From: an uncultured Actinomycetes bacterium
GTDB taxonomy: Bacteria > Actinomycetota > UBA4738 > HRBIN12
Reading direction: 5' to 3'
DNA: 64,000 nt
Assembly (NCBI GenBank): GCA_963705545.1
Contig: CAVPJX010000001.1
Span: 1,157,246-1,221,245 of the forward strand
Shown here in pieces: positions 46,366 to 54,517 of the stretch. Made by a program: the position numbers and the translations under genes. Positions within the stretch are counted from its first letter, which is position 1; every line of letters begins with the position of its first letter. The notes below the pieces were generated by a model. It saw only the letters and a program-made list of their open reading frames with translations. It was not told the origin of the DNA and ran no database searches.

Positions 46366-46568
46366 CGGCTTCCGGCCGTCCCGGTGGGGGACCTCGGAGC
46401 GACCAGTATAGGGTCGGCCCGGAGGGCCCGGCAAAGCCCCGCGTCCCTGACCTGCGCGATCGCGTCGCGCCGAGCGATCTTTGTGCGCCGGGCTACGTGT
46501 GCGGGCACCCACCCTGACCTATGCTTCCCGCGTCGCCGTCGCGCCGGCCCCGGAACGCGAGGCCTCTG

Positions 46569-48101
46569 ATGCAAGATCCGGACCCCATGTACCCGCCGGA
46601 GCGGTCCGGCTCGATCCGGCGTGGGCGCAACACCCGTCGTCCCGACAACCCACCGCGATGGCGCGAGCCGGCCCCCGACCCCCTCGAGGTCGCGGTCGAG
46701 GAACGACTGGACGAAGGGCTCCGCGCGATCGAGGAGCAGGCCTCTTCGCTGATGCGCGAGATCGCGGGTGAGATGTGGCGGGCGTCCGGCGCGGACGTCT
46801 CCGACCAGCAGACTCGCATCCTCAACCTGCTCTCGCGTGACCAGACGGTCCGCAGCCTCATCGCGTCGAGCGACGAGCGCTTCCAGGCGATCGCCCTTCG
46901 GACCGCGCGGCTCGAGGACTCCCTCGCCGAGCTCGCCGAATCCGGCCGGCAGGTCCGTGAGGCGATCCAGGTCTCGGCGCGATCGATCCACCAGATCGCG
47001 GAGTCGCCGACGCTGCAAGGTGTGGACCGCGTGCGGTCCCAGCTGGAACAGGTCGAACACCACATCGCCGCCACGTTCGAGCATCTGAACGAACGCGACG
47101 AGGCGCTCACGCGCGGGATCCAGGAGCAGATCGTCGAGCACGGTCGTCTGATCGAGCGCGAGGCCCTTCGCGTCGTCGAGGCGCTGCAGACCTACGTCCC
47201 CTCGCCGTCGTCGGGCGACGCGGCGATCAGCCCGGAGACCGGACAGCAGCTGCAGCTCCTGTACGAGCGGATCGATGTCCAACGACGGGCGATCGCCGAG
47301 ATCGAGGTCGCCCTGGAACGCATGATCGAGACCCGGACGCTCGGGCTCGCCCAGCTGATCCGATCGGATTCCGAGGCCCTGCGCGATCTGATCGTCGAGC
47401 GGAGCGAGGCGCAGCAGATCACGCTCCGCGAGACCTTGGACGAGCGGTTGTCGGCGCTCTCGATGGCCGGTGAGGAGCAGGCCGCCGCCCTCGCCCGCAC
47501 GACCGAGGAGCAGGCGGTGACGCTCGCCCGCACGACCGAGGAGCAGGTGTCGGCCCTCACGCTCGCGGTGAGCGCCGCCATCGAGCGGGGGTTCTCGAGG
47601 CTCTCCACCGAGATGGACGACCGCATCGAGGCGATGGTCGAGTCCCGGATGGCGGCCGACGACCGCCTCGACGATCAGGTCGGCGAGCAGCTGGATGAAC
47701 GTCTGACGGCGCTCGCTCGGATGATCAGATCGGACAACCGGGTCCTCGCCGAGCGGATCGGCGAGGCCGGGGGGCGTGCGGGCGACGGCGACGTGGCGCG
47801 TCAGACCCTGCGTGCCGTCAAGGAGCTCCAGGCGACCGTGGGGACGGAGCCGGCCGTCGTGGAGTCGGTGGACCGTCGCTTCCAGGTCATGTCCGAACAG
47901 CTCCACCAGGAGACGCAGTCGACCGCCGAAGCGATGGTGAAGGTCGCGGAGGTCCTGGGAGACAAGATCGATCGGCTGACGGTGCGCGTGGACGAGGGCG
48001 TCGGCAACGATCTGCAGATCGTGATCGATCGCATGAGCGACGCGATCCAGGCGATGTCCGGCCGCGCGCGTCGCGATCCCGGGCGTTACGAAGCGGACTG
48101 A
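46569..48101 (+). CDS. hypothetical coiled-coil protein (Glu/Arg/Leu/Gln-rich, internal repeats)
   Basis: 510 aa from the ATG at 46569 (MQDPDPMYPPERSG...). For this genome it has low Gly/Pro and high E/Q/L/I/R, which indicates genuine coding, and it shows heptad-like periodicity. Internal repeat ...AALARTTEEQAVTLARTTEEQVSALTLAV.... The antisense 516-aa ORF 46356..47906 is a shadow. Confidence 0.7.
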   Translation: MQDPDPMYPPERSGSIRRGRNTRRPDNPPRWREPAPDPLEVAVEERLDEGLRAIEEQASSLMREIAGEMWRASGADVSDQQTRILNLLSRDQTVRSLIASSDERFQAIALRTARLEDSLAELAESGRQVREAIQVSARSIHQIAESPTLQGVDRVRSQLEQVEHHIAATFEHLNERDEALTRGIQEQIVEHGRLIEREALRVVEALQTYVPSPSSGDAAISPETGQQLQLLYERIDVQRRAIAEIEVALERMIETRTLGLAQLIRSDSEALRDLIVERSEAQQITLRETLDERLSALSMAGEEQAAALARTTEEQAVTLARTTEEQVSALTLAVSAAIERGFSRLSTEMDDRIEAMVESRMAADDRLDDQVGEQLDERLTALARMIRSDNRVLAERIGEAGGRAGDGDVARQTLRAVKELQATVGTEPAVVESVDRRFQVMSEQLHQETQSTAEAMVKVAEVLGDKIDRLTVRVDEGVGNDLQIVIDRMSDAIQAMSGRARRDPGRYEAD

Positions 48102-48514
48102 GCGAGGCGGATCTCCGCCTCGCCCTTCCGCACCGCCTGTTCGGTCGTTCCATCGCGTTCCACGGTGACCCAGAGCTCGACGATCACGACGCCGGCCTCC
48201 CGGTCGACGCTGCGGACCCGGCCGCCCGCGACGATCGCCTCACCCAGGAAGACGGGGCTGCGGAACTGCGCGAAGAGCCGACCGACGACGCCGTCGGCGC
48301 CGACCCAGCGATCGACGCACGCGGCGAGATGGCCCATCGTGAACATCCCGTGCGCGATCACGCCGTCGAACCCCGCCGCGCGCGCGACGGCATCGTCTCG
48401 ATGCAGGGGGTTCCGATCGCCCGACAGCTCCGCGTATGTCGCGAGGTCGTCACGCACGACGGTGCGCTCGAACGACGGGATGGCGTCGCCGGGGAGCGCG
48501 TCGAGGAGGCTCAC
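48086..48514 (-). CDS. hadB: MaoC-like (R)-specific hydratase/dehydratase, HadB-like
   Basis: 142 aa with the hot-dog fold motif ...SGDRNPLHRDDAVARAAGFDGVIAHGMFTMG.... Downstream partner of the hadA-like gene, as in actinobacterial hadA-hadB loci near rpmG/secE. Confidence 0.8.
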   Translation of the reverse strand: MSLLDALPGDAIPSFERTVVRDDLATYAELSGDRNPLHRDDAVARAAGFDGVIAHGMFTMGHLAACVDRWVGADGVVGRLFAQFRSPVFLGEAIVAGGRVRSVDREAGVVIVELWVTVERDGTTEQAVRKGEAEIRLAQSAS

Positions 48515-48906
48515 GACGGGGCCCGTTCGATCATCAACGACCGGCCGACCGCCGCGACCGACCCGTCCGCAGCGAGCAGCTGCGTCTCGATCACGAGGAA
48601 CCCCGTGTCGCCCCGCTGCCGGACGGATGCGAGCCGGGTCCTGACGGTCACGCGCTCTCCGATCACCAGCGGTCGCACGTACTCGTATTCCTGCGATCCG
48701 TGCACGACGCGCGTGAAGTCGAGATCGAGCTCGGGGTCACCCACGATCGTCGGGATCACGGTGAACTCGGCGGCGGTCATGAGCGTCGGGGGAATCGCGG
48801 CCGGATCGCCGAACAACGAGGCCATCCCTCGCGCGCGGTCCCGATCCACCTCGAACTCCACATCGGGATAGGTCTTGCCTTCGGCTTCTGGGTTCACGCG
48901 CGGCAC
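48511..48906 (-). CDS. hadA: HadA-like hot-dog dehydratase subunit (UPF0336/MaoC N-terminal-like)
   Basis: ...KTYPDVEFEVDRDRARGMASLFGDPA...TVIPTIVGDPELDLDFTRVVHGSQEYEYVRPLVIGERVTV.... I chose the GTG at 48906 as start (GAAGG 4 nt upstream). The track ORF allows a GTG at 48954. ATGA overlap with hadB. Confidence 0.65.
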   Translation of the reverse strand: MPRVNPEAEGKTYPDVEFEVDRDRARGMASLFGDPAAIPPTLMTAAEFTVIPTIVGDPELDLDFTRVVHGSQEYEYVRPLVIGERVTVRTRLASVRQRGDTGFLVIETQLLAADGSVAAVGRSLMIERAPS

Positions 48907-48983
48907 GCTACCTTCGTGCTCGACCGCGTCGCAACGCAGGATGTGCGTGAACACCGGTCGGGGGCGGCCTACGATGCGGCCGC

Positions 48984-49694
48984 ATGTCTCGGCGCCCGGA
49001 CCCCATCACGATCGTGATCGCGGACGATCACCGCTCGTTCGGCGAAGCCCTGCAGGTCGCGTTGGGGGCCGAGCCGGATCTCGCCGTGGTCGAAGTCGTC
49101 ACCGACGGGTCGGCGGCGATCAAGGCCGCATCCGAGCACGACGTCGACGTCGTGCTGCTCGACCTGCAGATGCCGGGCATGAACGGCCTCGAGGCAGCCC
49201 GGCGGATCCGGGAGGCGGACCCCGGAACCGCCGTCATCATCCTCACCGGCGCCGACGACCAGCTCGCACTCGGGCGCGCCGTCGGGGCCGGAGCGCACGG
49301 CTACCTTCGGAAGACCGAGGCCGTCGGCAACCTGGCCGAATCGATCCGCCGCGTGCATCGAGGCGAGCCCCTCAACAGCCCCGAGGACGTGGAGTCGTCG
49401 ATCCGCCGCGGCCGGGAGCTGGGGGCCAAGGAGCAAGAGATGGTTCGCCGCCTCGACCGGCTCACACCGCGCGAGCTCGAGATCATCCGGCGGCTGGCCG
49501 ACGGGGAGAGCACCGAACAGGTGGCGCGGGAGCTCGGGCTCAGCAAGCACACCCTGCGAACCCACACCCAGAACGTCCTGACGAAGCTCGGCGTCCACTC
49601 GAAGCTCGAGGCGATCGTCGCCGCGATGCGGCACGGTCGGATCCCGATGAACGGGACGACCCACCTCGGGAACGACGAGGCGGGCGACGACTGA
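48984..49694 (+). CDS. NarL/FixJ-family response regulator (REC + LuxR-type HTH), orphan
   Basis: 236 aa: ...ITIVIADDHRSFGEALQ...DVVLLDLQMPGMNGLEAARRIRE... (receiver, phospho-acceptor Asp) and ...LTPRELEIIRRLADGESTEQVARELGLSKHTLRTHTQNVLTKLGV... (LuxR HTH). No histidine kinase nearby. Confidence 0.88.
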   Translation: MSRRPDPITIVIADDHRSFGEALQVALGAEPDLAVVEVVTDGSAAIKAASEHDVDVVLLDLQMPGMNGLEAARRIREADPGTAVIILTGADDQLALGRAVGAGAHGYLRKTEAVGNLAESIRRVHRGEPLNSPEDVESSIRRGRELGAKEQEMVRRLDRLTPRELEIIRRLADGESTEQVARELGLSKHTLRTHTQNVLTKLGVHSKLEAIVAAMRHGRIPMNGTTHLGNDEAGDD

Positions 49695-49718
49695 CGAGCG
49701 AGCCGAGCGGGGACCCGA

Positions 49719-49883
49719 TCAGCGGGTCTCGCGGTGCAGGGTGTGACCCCGGCACCAGCGGCAGTACTTCTTCAGTTCGATCCGGTCGCGGTCGTTCACG
49801 CGGTTCTTGACCGTGTTGTAGTTCCGGCGCTTGCACTCGGTGCAGGCGAGCGTGATCTTCGGTCGGTTGTCGGTCTTGGCCAT
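49719..49883 (-). CDS. rpmG: 50S ribosomal protein L33 (zinc-ribbon form)
   Basis: Below the ORF-track cutoff; found by hand translation: [54 protein letters not shown] (CxxC...CxxC). Confidence 0.9.
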   Translation of the reverse strand: MAKTDNRPKITLACTECKRRNYNTVKNRVNDRDRIELKKYCRWCRGHTLHRETR

Positions 49884-49891
49884 CGCTCAGC

Positions 49892-51076
49892 TCACTTCAG
49901 GATCTTCGTCACGCGGCCGGCACCCACGGTGCGGCCACCCTCGCGGATCGCGAACCGCAGGCCCTCTTCCATGGCGATCGGGGCGATCATCTCGACCGTC
50001 ATCTCGACGTTGTCGCCCGGCATCACCATCTCGACGCCCTCGGGCAGGTTCGCCGTGCCGGTGACGTCGGTCGTGCGGAAGTAGAACTGCGGGCGGTAGC
50101 CGTTGAAGAACGGCGTGTGCCGGCCGCCCTCGTCCTTGGACAGGATGTAGACCTGGGCCGTGAAGTTCGTGTGCGGGGTGATCGAGCCCGGGGTCGCGAG
50201 CACCTGGCCGCGCTCGACCTCGTCCTTGTCGATCCCGCGCAGCAAGATCCCGACGTTGTCGCCGGCCTGGACCTCATCGAGCAGCTTGCGGAACATCTCG
50301 AGGTCGGTGGCGGTCGTCTTGCGGGTGTCGCGGATCCCGACGATCTCGACCTCGGACATCTTGGCGAGCTTGCCCTGCTCCACGCGGCCGGTCACGACCG
50401 TGCCGCGCCCGGTGATCGAGAACACGTCCTCGATCGGCATCAGGAACGGCTTGTCGGTCTCGCGCACCGGCTCGGCGATGTAGGTGTCGCAGGCCTGCAT
50501 CAGCTCGTCGATCTTGCCGACCCACGCCTCGTCGCCCTCCAGCGCCTTCAGCGCCGAGACCTGGATCACGGGGGTGTCGTCGCCGGGGAACTCGTAGGAG
50601 GTGAGCAGCTCACGGACCTCGAGCTCGACGAGCTCGAGCAGCTCGGGGTCGTCGACCATGTCGCACTTGTTGAGCGCGACCACGATGTAGGGGACGCCGA
50701 CCTGGCGGGCGAGCAGCACGTGCTCGCGGGTCTGGGGCATCGGGCCGTCGGCCGCGGAGACCACCAGGATCGCGCCGTCGATCTGGGCGGCTCCGGTGAT
50801 CATGTTCTTGATGTAGTCGGCGTGGCCCGGCATGTCGACGTGGGCGTAGTGACGGTTCTCGGTCTCGTACTCCACGTGGGCGATCGCGATCGTGATGCCG
50901 CGCTCGCGCTCCTCCGGCGCCTTGTCGATCTCATCGAACGGCGTGAACTGCGCGAGGCCCTTGTCGGCCTGGCGCTTGGTGATCGCCGCCGTGAGCGTCG
51001 TCTTGCCGTGGTCGATGTGACCCATCGTGCCGATGTTGACGTGCGGCTTCGTCCGCTCGAACTTCTGCTTGCCCAT
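49892..51076 (-). CDS. tuf: elongation factor Tu (copy 2, tRNA-tuf-rpmG position)
   Basis: Identical 394-aa protein to copy 1. The CDS nucleotide sequence appears identical from ATG to the last sense codon. Only the stop codon (TGA here, TAG in copy 1) and the flanks differ. The track ORF start at 51157 is an upstream extension; the real ATG is at 51076. Confidence 0.95.
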   Translation of the reverse strand: MGKQKFERTKPHVNIGTMGHIDHGKTTLTAAITKRQADKGLAQFTPFDEIDKAPEERERGITIAIAHVEYETENRHYAHVDMPGHADYIKNMITGAAQIDGAILVVSAADGPMPQTREHVLLARQVGVPYIVVALNKCDMVDDPELLELVELEVRELLTSYEFPGDDTPVIQVSALKALEGDEAWVGKIDELMQACDTYIAEPVRETDKPFLMPIEDVFSITGRGTVVTGRVEQGKLAKMSEVEIVGIRDTRKTTATDLEMFRKLLDEVQAGDNVGILLRGIDKDEVERGQVLATPGSITPHTNFTAQVYILSKDEGGRHTPFFNGYRPQFYFRTTDVTGTANLPEGVEMVMPGDNVEMTVEMIAPIAMEEGLRFAIREGGRTVGAGRVTKILK

Positions 51077-51124
51077 GGTGCGATCCTTCTCCTTGCCTAG
51101 TGGAGCCTCGTCGACCGTTGACGC

Positions 51125-51199
51125 TGGTAGCGGCGGGTGGACTCGAACCACCGACACAGCGATTATGAGCCGCTTGCTCTGCCCCTGAGCTACGCCGCC
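51125..51199 (-). tRNA. tRNA-Met (anticodon CAT; elongator-type, could alternatively be tRNA-Ile2/lysidine)
   Basis: Reverse complement is GGCGGCGTAGCTCAGGGGCAGAGCAAGCGGCTCATAATCGCTGTGTCGGTGGTTCGAGTCCACCCGCCGCTACCA: D-arm GCTC/GAGC, anticodon loop CUCAUAA, T-arm GGTGG/CCACC, encoded CCA. No GGG:CCC anticodon stem, so not an initiator tRNA. Confidence 0.8.
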
Positions 51200-51258
51200 C
51201 CGGTGCGCAGGGCAGTCTACCTGGGGCGATGCCGCTGCGGCACGCGAAGCGCCCCCAG

Positions 51259-51331
51259 AGCCGGAGCGGGGAATCGAACCCCGGACCTCCTCCTTACCAT
51301 GGAGGCGCTCTGCCGACTGAGCTACTCCGGC
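51259..51331 (-). tRNA. tRNA-Thr (anticodon GGT)
   Basis: Reverse complement is GCCGGAGTAGCTCAGTCGGCAGAGCGCCTCCATGGTAAGGAGGAGGTCCGGGGTTCGATTCCCCGCTCCGGCT: acceptor GCCGGAG/CTCCGGC, anticodon stem CCTCC/GGAGG, loop AUGGUAA, T-loop GGTTCGATTCC. Confidence 0.88.
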
Positions 51332-51378
51332 GGCCGCCCGATGATAGCGAACCGTTCCCCGTTCATTGACCTGGGACC

Positions 51379-51837
51379 ATGCGAAGGATGTCGCGGCTGC
51401 TGGTGATCTTCGTGATCGCGGCTGCCTCCTTCGGTGGCAGCGGAGCGATCGACAGGCGGCCGGATCACATCATCTCCTTCCCCGACGCGGGTGCGGAGCT
51501 ATGGGTCCGAGTCGCCGACTCGTCGGACGAGCGCAGCCGAGGGCTCATGCGGGTGGAGAATCTCCCTCCGGACGAGGGGATGGCCTTCTTCTGGGAGGAG
51601 CCGGTCGAGGCGACGTTCTGGATGAAGGACACGCTCATCCCGCTCTCGATCGCGTTCGTCGATCCGGACGGACGGATCATCACGATCGCCGACATGGAGC
51701 CGTGCCGCGCGGATCCCTGTCCGACCTACGCCGCGGACGGTCCGTTCGTGCTGGCGGTGGAGGCGAACCGCGGATACTTCGACGAGGCCGGGATCGTCGA
51801 GGGCGATCGAGCCCGATTGGAGACCGTCGATGCGTGA
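51379..51837 (+). CDS. secreted DUF192-domain protein (COG1430)
   Basis: 152 aa with signal peptide [26 protein letters not shown]192 signature ...[49 protein letters not shown].... Confidence 0.75.
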   Translation: MRRMSRLLVIFVIAAASFGGSGAIDRRPDHIISFPDAGAELWVRVADSSDERSRGLMRVENLPPDEGMAFFWEEPVEATFWMKDTLIPLSIAFVDPDGRIITIADMEPCRADPCPTYAADGPFVLAVEANRGYFDEAGIVEGDRARLETVDA

Positions 51838-52144
51838 GGACTGCCCGCTCTGCGCCGCCGAGCGGATGACCGACTGGCTCCACGAGGACGACGATTGCTG
51901 GATCGCGGAGTGCGTCGTCTGCCGGACGCCGATGGTCGTGTGGCGGACGCACGGGCTCCCCGACCCGAACCGCGAAGCGATGCTGCTCGCCCATCTCGAG
52001 CGGGTGGCCGCCGAGCGCTACGGCGACGAGGGCTACTACGTGGACCCGGAACGGCGCCGGATCCCCGACCACTGGCACGCGCACGCGAGGCCGGCGGGTG
52101 GGTTCTTCGACCCCGCGAGCGAGCTGTACGGCAGGTACGACTAG
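51830..52144 (+). CDS. small Cys-rich hypothetical protein (possible zinc-binding)
   Basis: 104 aa: [42 protein letters not shown].... Five Cys arranged as CxxC-x14-CxxxxC-xx-C. Its ATG overlaps the DUF192 stop (ATGcgTGA), so they are probably co-transcribed. Protein-like composition. Confidence 0.55.
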   Translation: MREDCPLCAAERMTDWLHEDDDCWIAECVVCRTPMVVWRTHGLPDPNREAMLLAHLERVAAERYGDEGYYVDPERRRIPDHWHAHARPAGGFFDPASELYGRYD

Positions 52145-52226
52145 GGCATCAACGACCTCGTGGCGGTCCCATGACGATCCCGTGACGGCCCTTCCCCCGA
52201 CGCCCGCGCGTCGCGATGCTCGCGGC

Positions 52227-52511
52227 ATGGACACGACGATGACCCTCGCGCTGATGTTCGTCGGGGCCGGAGCGGTCGCCGCGGGCGCGGTCGGCCTGCT
52301 GCTCCCGGCCGGAGAACGTCTCGCCGCATCCGCGCTCGCGCTGGTGATCGGCGCCGGGGCCGGCGTGATCGCGCTCGCGATCGGCTGGAACGGACTCGGC
52401 GTCGACGATCAGACCGGATACGAACGCGCGTTCCTGATCGCATCGGCGATCGGGCTCGCCGGCGTGATCGCGAGCTTGGCCGTTTCCTGGAGGCGACGGA
52501 CCCGCGCCTGA
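52227..52511 (+). CDS. small membrane protein (2 predicted TM helices)
   Basis: 94 aa from the ATG at 52227: MDTTMTLALMFVGAGAVAAGAVGLLLPAGERLAASALALVIGAGAGVIALAIGWNGLGVDDQTGYERAFLIASAIGLAGVIASLAVSWRRRTRA. Confidence 0.45.
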   Translation: MDTTMTLALMFVGAGAVAAGAVGLLLPAGERLAASALALVIGAGAGVIALAIGWNGLGVDDQTGYERAFLIASAIGLAGVIASLAVSWRRRTRA

Positions 52512-52678
52512 CGGACGCTTCGCTTCACCGCCCGACGGATCGGGGGCGTCGGGAAGCGGTCGGCCGTCGCTGGGAGAGGAACGCGCCCCGCGGCCCGTCG
52601 CCGGGGATATGAGACGATTCGCCCGTTCGGGGAGCTTGCGTGTCTGCGGCGCAGCACGCACCGATGAGGGGAGCCGCC

Positions 52679-52957
52679 ATGATCCAGGACGGTCCGAGCG
52701 GGAGCACGAGCTCCGGGGATGGACGCCGCCTCGGCGGCGGAGCGATCGCCTCGCTCATCGGCGTGGGGTTGCTGGTCGTCTTCATGATCCAGAACACCGA
52801 GAGCGTCCAGCTCGACTTCCTGTTCTGGAGCTTCACCTGGCCGCTGTGGCTCCTCGTGCTGGCCTCTGCACTCCTCGGGGCGTTGGTGTGGTTCGGCTTG
52901 GGCGTGATGCGCCGTCACCGGCGTCGCAAGGAGCGCCGCCAGGACCGACGGGACTGA
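52679..52957 (+). CDS. LapA-domain (DUF1049) small inner-membrane protein
   Basis: 92 aa from the ATG at 52679 (GAGGGGAG 5 nt upstream): MIQDGPSGSTSSGDGRRLGGGAIASLIGVGLLVVFMIQNTESVQLDFLFWSFTWPLWLLVLASALLGALVWFGLGVMRRHRRRKERR. Confidence 0.6.
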   Translation: MIQDGPSGSTSSGDGRRLGGGAIASLIGVGLLVVFMIQNTESVQLDFLFWSFTWPLWLLVLASALLGALVWFGLGVMRRHRRRKERRQDRRD

Positions 52958-52985
52958 CCCTCGAGCCGGCCCCGCGGGGTCGGCG

Positions 52986-54002
52986 TCACCCGTCCCAGCG
53001 GACGACGATCGAGTCCCGGATCCCGGGGAGCGGTAGCGACGCCGCCTCCGCCTCGACCGCGTCGCGCGCCACGCGCGAGAGACGGCGCCAGGTCTGGATC
53101 GTCACCGTCCGTTGGGCACGTCGCCACGTCCCGACGAGCTCGCCCGCGACGAGGACGCCGCCCGGCCAGACGCGCGAGGTCCAGAGCGCGCGACGGCGAT
53201 CGGCGTCGGCGACCAAGAGCTCGCGAGCATCTCCCTGGAGGAGGAAGTAGGCGTCCCCGCTCGGGAGGAGCCGTGCGGGCGCCGCCGGTCCCGTCGGAGC
53301 GCGGAAGGTCCGCTCGTCGCGGGCGAGGATCCACGCGTCACCCACCGGGGTTCGCACCGGGAGCAACGACCTGCGGAGCGCCTCGAACGCCGCGACGCCA
53401 CCCCGCGGGGGGATCCCCGCCCACTCGGCGAACGCCCCGGGAGTGGTCGGACCGAAGATGTGCAGGTACCGACGCGCGAGTTCGAGGCGAGCGGCGCGCG
53501 GGTCCACCTCGGGTGGCGGCACCGTCCAGACGGTCGGAAGGCGCGCGCCGTCCCAACGGATCACGATCGTGCCGGTCGATGCGGCATACCGGAGCCGGTT
53601 GGGGTGTTCGCCGAGCGCGCGCCCCGCCTCGCCGTACGTCATCCTGGCGCCGTCGAGGACGGCGAGCAGGCGGGCGGCCAGGTCCTCCGCGGTCCGCCGG
53701 GCGTCGGCCTCGTCCGGCAGCCTGCCGAGCGAGAAGACCGCGAGGTCGCGCGCCGCGACGACGTACGCGTGGTGACGCGGTCCCCAGAGCTGGACGAGCG
53801 ATGGGTCCTCCCACGTGGACGGTTCCGTCCCCTCGACGCGCGCATGGATCGAGAGGAGCGCGGCCCGGGGCATGCTGTCCTGCAGTCCGGCCCACGCCGC
53901 ACGTCGGAGCGAGCGCCGTCCTGCCGGCAGCCGATCGTCGAGCGCGCCGACGTTCCGTCGGAACGCGAGGATCTGGGACCGTGACAGGAAGAGGCGAGCC
54001 AT
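52986..54002 (-). CDS. winged-helix DNA-binding protein, YcaQ/AlkZ-like (DUF1006) putative DNA glycosylase
   Basis: 338 aa: MARLFLSRSQILAFRRNVGALDDRL...LLSIHARVEGTEPSTWEDP...RYAASTGTIVIRWDG.... Length and motifs match the YcaQ family. The family assignment rests on recalled motifs and is not verified. Confidence 0.55.
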   Translation of the reverse strand: MARLFLSRSQILAFRRNVGALDDRLPAGRRSLRRAAWAGLQDSMPRAALLSIHARVEGTEPSTWEDPSLVQLWGPRHHAYVVAARDLAVFSLGRLPDEADARRTAEDLAARLLAVLDGARMTYGEAGRALGEHPNRLRYAASTGTIVIRWDGARLPTVWTVPPPEVDPRAARLELARRYLHIFGPTTPGAFAEWAGIPPRGGVAAFEALRRSLLPVRTPVGDAWILARDERTFRAPTGPAAPARLLPSGDAYFLLQGDARELLVADADRRRALWTSRVWPGGVLVAGELVGTWRRAQRTVTIQTWRRLSRVARDAVEAEAASLPLPGIRDSIVVRWDG

Positions 54003-54028
54003 CGGCGCCTATCGTGGAGAGGGGCGGC

Positions 54029-54517
54029 CTATCTCGCCACGTGCGGCTCGAGGACGACCACCGCCGTCTCGTGCGGACGCCGCGCCGCGTAGCCGTCCAG
54101 GTTCTTGTCCAGCTCACGCCAGCGCTGCCACAGCCGCTCGCGCTCCTCTCCCACGGCGGCCCTGCCGAGCACCTCGCGCCGGATCCCGCCGGCCAGCTCG
54201 ACGAGCGCTTCCGGGTGGGCCTGCAGGTTCAGCCACCAGGCCGGCTCAGGCGCGCCCCAGCCGTTCATCGCCATCGAGACCAGGTTCGGTCCGTCTTCGC
54301 AATAGCCGAGGATCACGCTGCGCGGCTCGCCGCTGCGCCGGCCCGTCGTGGTGAGCCGCAGGGCGCCCCACTTCCCCGGACGGGGAGGCCACAACCCTCT
54401 GCGTTTGCGGGTGAGCCGGACGATCCCCCGGTGGACGTGCCAGGCGGTCACGATGAACCAACGCGGTGGCAGGTGTCCCTTGCCCGTGGTCCTCGTAGTG
54501 GTTGGATCCGTCATCAC
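54029..54517 (-). CDS. deazaflavin (F420H2)-dependent nitroreductase family protein (Ddn-like, DUF385)
   Basis: 162 aa: ...TTTGRRSGEPRSVILGYCEDGPNLVSMAMNGWGAPEPAWWLNLQAHPEALVELAGGIRREVLGRAAVGEERERLWQRW...LEP... The L-TTGRKSG-PR...NL.A.P signature of PF04075. Confidence 0.75.
   Translation of the reverse strand: MMTDPTTTRTTGKGHLPPRWFIVTAWHVHRGIVRLTRKRRGLWPPRPGKWGALRLTTTGRRSGEPRSVILGYCEDGPNLVSMAMNGWGAPEPAWWLNLQAHPEALVELAGGIRREVLGRAAVGEERERLWQRWRELDKNLDGYAARRPHETAVVVLEPHVAR

Noticed and set aside
45973-46512. Upstream part of the 179-aa secE track ORF (…[21 protein letters not shown]…)
   Set aside because: That segment is the translation of tRNA-Trp. secE begins at the ATG at 46278, after the tRNA.
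46356-47906. 516-aa minus-strand ORF
   Set aside because: Antisense of the coiled-coil gene. Its translation is Arg/Gly/Leu/Asp-rich low complexity, whereas the plus-strand product has a genuine coiled-coil composition.
48511-48954. Using the track ORF start (GTG at 48954) for the hadA-like gene
   Set aside because: The first 16 residues (MFTHILRCDAVEHEGS) are not conserved-looking, and an internal GTG at 48906 has a GAAGG Shine-Dalgarno. The choice is uncertain.
51137-51406. 89-aa plus-strand ORF ([22 protein letters not shown]...)
   Set aside because: It spans the antisense of tRNA-Met and tRNA-Thr, an artefact of translating structured RNA genes.
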